From Paracoccaceae bacterium (lineage in GTDB: Bacteria; Pseudomonadota; Alphaproteobacteria; Rhodobacterales; Rhodobacteraceae), in the NCBI GenBank assembly GCA_015485375.1, contig WFTU01000412.1, forward strand, positions 1 through 37,034: a stretch of DNA of 37,034 nt. Direction: 5' to 3'. Numbering within the stretch: the first letter of the stretch is position 1; each line of letters opens with the position of its first letter. A program made the position numbers and the translations under genes. Positions 34,902 to 37,034 of this stretch are shown here, one piece after another. Below the pieces are notes generated by a model that was not told the origin of the DNA, did no database searches, and saw only the letters and a program-made list of their open reading frames with translations.

Positions 34902-35567
34902 ATGGCCCAGCACGATTACCTGATCGACAACCAGACGGCGGCGGCGCTGCGCACCGACCTCAATAATGCGCTGGCGGCGATTGTGTCGAACAACAGCGGG
35001 GCGACTGCGCCAACGACCACATTCGCCAACATGCTCTGGTATGACACGTCGACGTCGACGCTTTGGGTGCGCAACGAGGCGGATTCCGCATGGATTTCGC
35101 TTGGCATTGTCGATCAGCCAAGCGGCGTCTTTCGTCCGAGCCTGAGCGGTCTGACGTTTTCCGCTGGCGATCTGATCTATTCCGACGGCACAAACTACCA
35201 GCGACTGCCAAAAGGGTCCGCTGGGCAGTTTCTGCGCCAGAACAGCGGGCTGACAGCGCCATATTGGGCCGAGCCTGACCTGTTCGCGGCAGGCTATATC
35301 ACCGCGGGCAGCTCCTTGGTCTGGAGTGCGGGCGTGGCGAGTGCCGGGTGGATCAGCACGGGGGTTTTGCAGATCACCTTCGCAGCGGCAAGATCGAGCA
35401 CGAACTATGTTCCGCTCCTGACCCACCAAGGCACGGGGTCCGGCGTAACCTACACAGTGGACGGGTCTACGGTGCCGACCACGACCGCGGTTTTCATTCG
35501 CGGGTTCAGCGGCAGCACCCCAACGAACCTCAATACTCACTTCGCGATTTTGGAGAAAAAGCTGTGA
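34902..35567 (+). CDS. Tail fibre protein
   Basis: MAQHDY.I.NQ.....R.DLNNAL.AI..NNSG...P N-terminus; GDLIY, RLPKG..GQ.L motif. Confidence 0.8.
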   Translation: MAQHDYLIDNQTAAALRTDLNNALAAIVSNNSGATAPTTTFANMLWYDTSTSTLWVRNEADSAWISLGIVDQPSGVFRPSLSGLTFSAGDLIYSDGTNYQRLPKGSAGQFLRQNSGLTAPYWAEPDLFAAGYITAGSSLVWSAGVASAGWISTGVLQITFAAARSSTNYVPLLTHQGTGSGVTYTVDGSTVPTTTAVFIRGFSGSTPTNLNTHFAILEKKL

Positions 35568-35977
35568 GAATAGTGATCGAGGGCGACAACGGCCCGGAGG
35601 TTCTGGATCTGGCGGCGGGTTTTCGCACAGCAGGTCCGGGCGACCACAATGGCAACTACAACACGGATCGGTTTCACCCCGGCAAGCGGTTCGTTGTGGC
35701 ACCGCGCTGGCGGGAAGATGAAGACCTCGAGGACGTGGACTTCGACGCCGGCAAGGTCGTGGTCAAACCGAAAAAGCCGAAAACAGCCGCAGATATCGAC
35801 AAGGAAATCGAGCGCGAGGCGTCGGAAATCGACGCCACCGGCGCTGCGAGAGAAAGGGCGGTGGCAATGTTGATCGTTGATCTTTGGGCCAAAAGTTTCG
35901 GCGTGACCAGATCAGAGGCTAGAACGGCTGTTCATGCCCGCCTCAAGAAGCACCTCAAGACGATCCGCAACACCTGA
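35564..35977 (+). CDS. Hypothetical protein (possible fibre chaperone)
   Basis: GTGA coupling to the fibre gene; GGAG RBS; charged helical C-terminus. Confidence 0.65.
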   Translation: MRIVIEGDNGPEVLDLAAGFRTAGPGDHNGNYNTDRFHPGKRFVVAPRWREDEDLEDVDFDAGKVVVKPKKPKTAADIDKEIEREASEIDATGAARERAVAMLIVDLWAKSFGVTRSEARTAVHARLKKHLKTIRNT

Positions 35978-36003
35978 CCTCCCCCAAGAACACCAGAGAA
36001 CCA

Positions 36004-36025
36004 GGCCGCCCTCGGGCGGTTTTTC
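36004..36025 (+). terminator. Rho-independent terminator-like hairpin
   Basis: GGCCGCCC-TC-GGGCGGTT followed by a T run. Confidence 0.65.
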
Positions 36026-36042
36026 CATGAAAGGACCACCAA

Positions 36043-36465
36043 ATGAGCCTCTCCGACGCCACCGAAACCAACATCCTCAAGTTGTTGTTCCAAGCCGTCG
36101 CCTGGGCGAATGTTGCCGACAACGCGGGCACGTCTCCGATTGCGAACATCCAGTATGCACTCCACACCGCCGATCCTGGCGATGCCGGCACGCAGCTGAC
36201 GAGTGAAGTGGCCTATACCAGTTACGCGCGCGTCGACGTGGCGCGCACGACCGGCGGCCACACAGTGACCGGCAACAGCGTAAGCCCGGCCGCCGATATC
36301 AGCTTCCCGGCTGGGACCGGGGGCAGCGGAACCGTGACCTATTTCTCGGCTGGCAAGGATCTGACCGATGAAATCTTCTTCAGCGGCACCGTGTCGCCGA
36401 ACATCGTGACCGGGAATGGGATTACGCCGGTGCTGACCACCGCCACCACCATGACGCTGGACTGA
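36043..36465 (+). CDS. Conserved virion / fibre-associated protein
   Basis: AAGGA RBS; ALHTADPG.AG...SEV.Y.SYARV, I.FP, G.TP. Confidence 0.75.
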   Translation: MSLSDATETNILKLLFQAVAWANVADNAGTSPIANIQYALHTADPGDAGTQLTSEVAYTSYARVDVARTTGGHTVTGNSVSPAADISFPAGTGGSGTVTYFSAGKDLTDEIFFSGTVSPNIVTGNGITPVLTTATTMTLD

Positions 36466-36884
36466 TGCGGGCGATGCACGAGGCGCTGGCTGACATGGAC
36501 GTCGGCCGGTGCATGGATCTTTGGCGTGCGGCTTTTCCGAACATGCCGTGCCCCGAAACCATTGCCGAGGCAGAGATCGCGATGCACATGGCCCGCACCG
36601 CGACCGAGAGCCTTCCGAAAAGGGCCCGCGTGTGGTCATTCCAATGGCTTGAGGAGCGGGGGCTGCCATCGCATCTGCCGGACGAGATGAAACCGGATCG
36701 ACCAGAAATCGCGACCGGGGTCGGGATTGCGGTGCGCAGTCTGAGCCACGACCCTGACCGCGTGGCGCGCGCGAGCGCCTTGCAGGAAAAGCTGGCAGGC
36801 GCGGTTGAGGATGCGTTCCTGAGCGGCGTGCGCGATGCACCCAGGCTGAAATCCATGATGAATAAAATCAGGAGCGAATTCTGA
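36465..36884 (+). CDS. Hypothetical protein
   Basis: TGATG coupling at both ends; 139 aa. Confidence 0.7.
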   Translation: MRAMHEALADMDVGRCMDLWRAAFPNMPCPETIAEAEIAMHMARTATESLPKRARVWSFQWLEERGLPSHLPDEMKPDRPEIATGVGIAVRSLSHDPDRVARASALQEKLAGAVEDAFLSGVRDAPRLKSMMNKIRSEF

Positions 36885-37034
36885 TGGCACAAGACCTTGG
36901 ATATGATTTCGCGGTTGGCCCAACGGTCACGCTGCTTTCGGCGGACCTTGCAACCGGTTCTCAAAGCGCTCTGACCGCTACTGTTGATTTTGGCAATCCG
37001 GGACCGCTCATGTTCGGATGGGAACTGATCCTGA
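36884..37034 (+). CDS. Hypothetical protein, 5' part (runs off the window)
   Basis: AGGAG RBS; MAQDLGYDFAVGPTVTLL... open to the window end. Confidence 0.65.
   Translation, partial: MAQDLGYDFAVGPTVTLLSADLATGSQSALTATVDFGNPGPLMFGWELIL

Larger units (their letters stand above)
1..37034. mobile_element. Temperate siphovirus prophage (lambdoid gene order), right end outside the window
   Basis: att/integrase, recombination, cI/cro, replication, terminase, HK97 head and tail modules occur in canonical order. Confidence 0.97.

Noticed and set aside
32333-35977. Possible DGR or invertible tail-fibre system
   Set aside because: No reverse transcriptase, invertase or duplicated TR/VR segment seen in the window.

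Overview
The window is the left ~37 kb of a temperate, lambdoid-organised siphovirus prophage. The host is most likely an alphaproteobacterium (Rhodobacteraceae-like), judged from GC content, GapR- and GcrA-like genes and a GTA-related portal. It starts exactly on a tRNA 3' end (att core, 1-18), followed by an IHF site and a tyrosine integrase. Next come a leftward early operon (xis-like HTH, DUF1364, RecT, RecE-like nuclease, small ORFs) and an immunity region (short cI without a peptidase domain, cro, cII-like, matched 17-bp operators, two exported accessory proteins). A rightward replication and methylation block follows (GapR-like, RuvC-like, DnaB, initiator with internal ori, a triple GcrA-like HTH protein, two DNA methyltransferases). 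The late operon runs from terminase, through an HK97-type head, neck and long non-contractile tail, to the tail fibre. Lysis genes and attR are not in the window. The most notable observations are: (i) a Mu gpF-like head gene split at a canonical C CCU UUU -1 slippery site with a 3' hairpin, in addition to the classic tail-chaperone frameshift; (ii) a 59-aa ORF missing from the supplied track, behind an alpha-type LexA-like box and overlapping cI antisense (candidate SOS antirepressor); (iii) a cluster of possible host cell-cycle/epigenetic mimics; (iv) a beta-sandwich domain inserted into the tail hub protein. All family calls come from motif recognition by eye; no database search was run.
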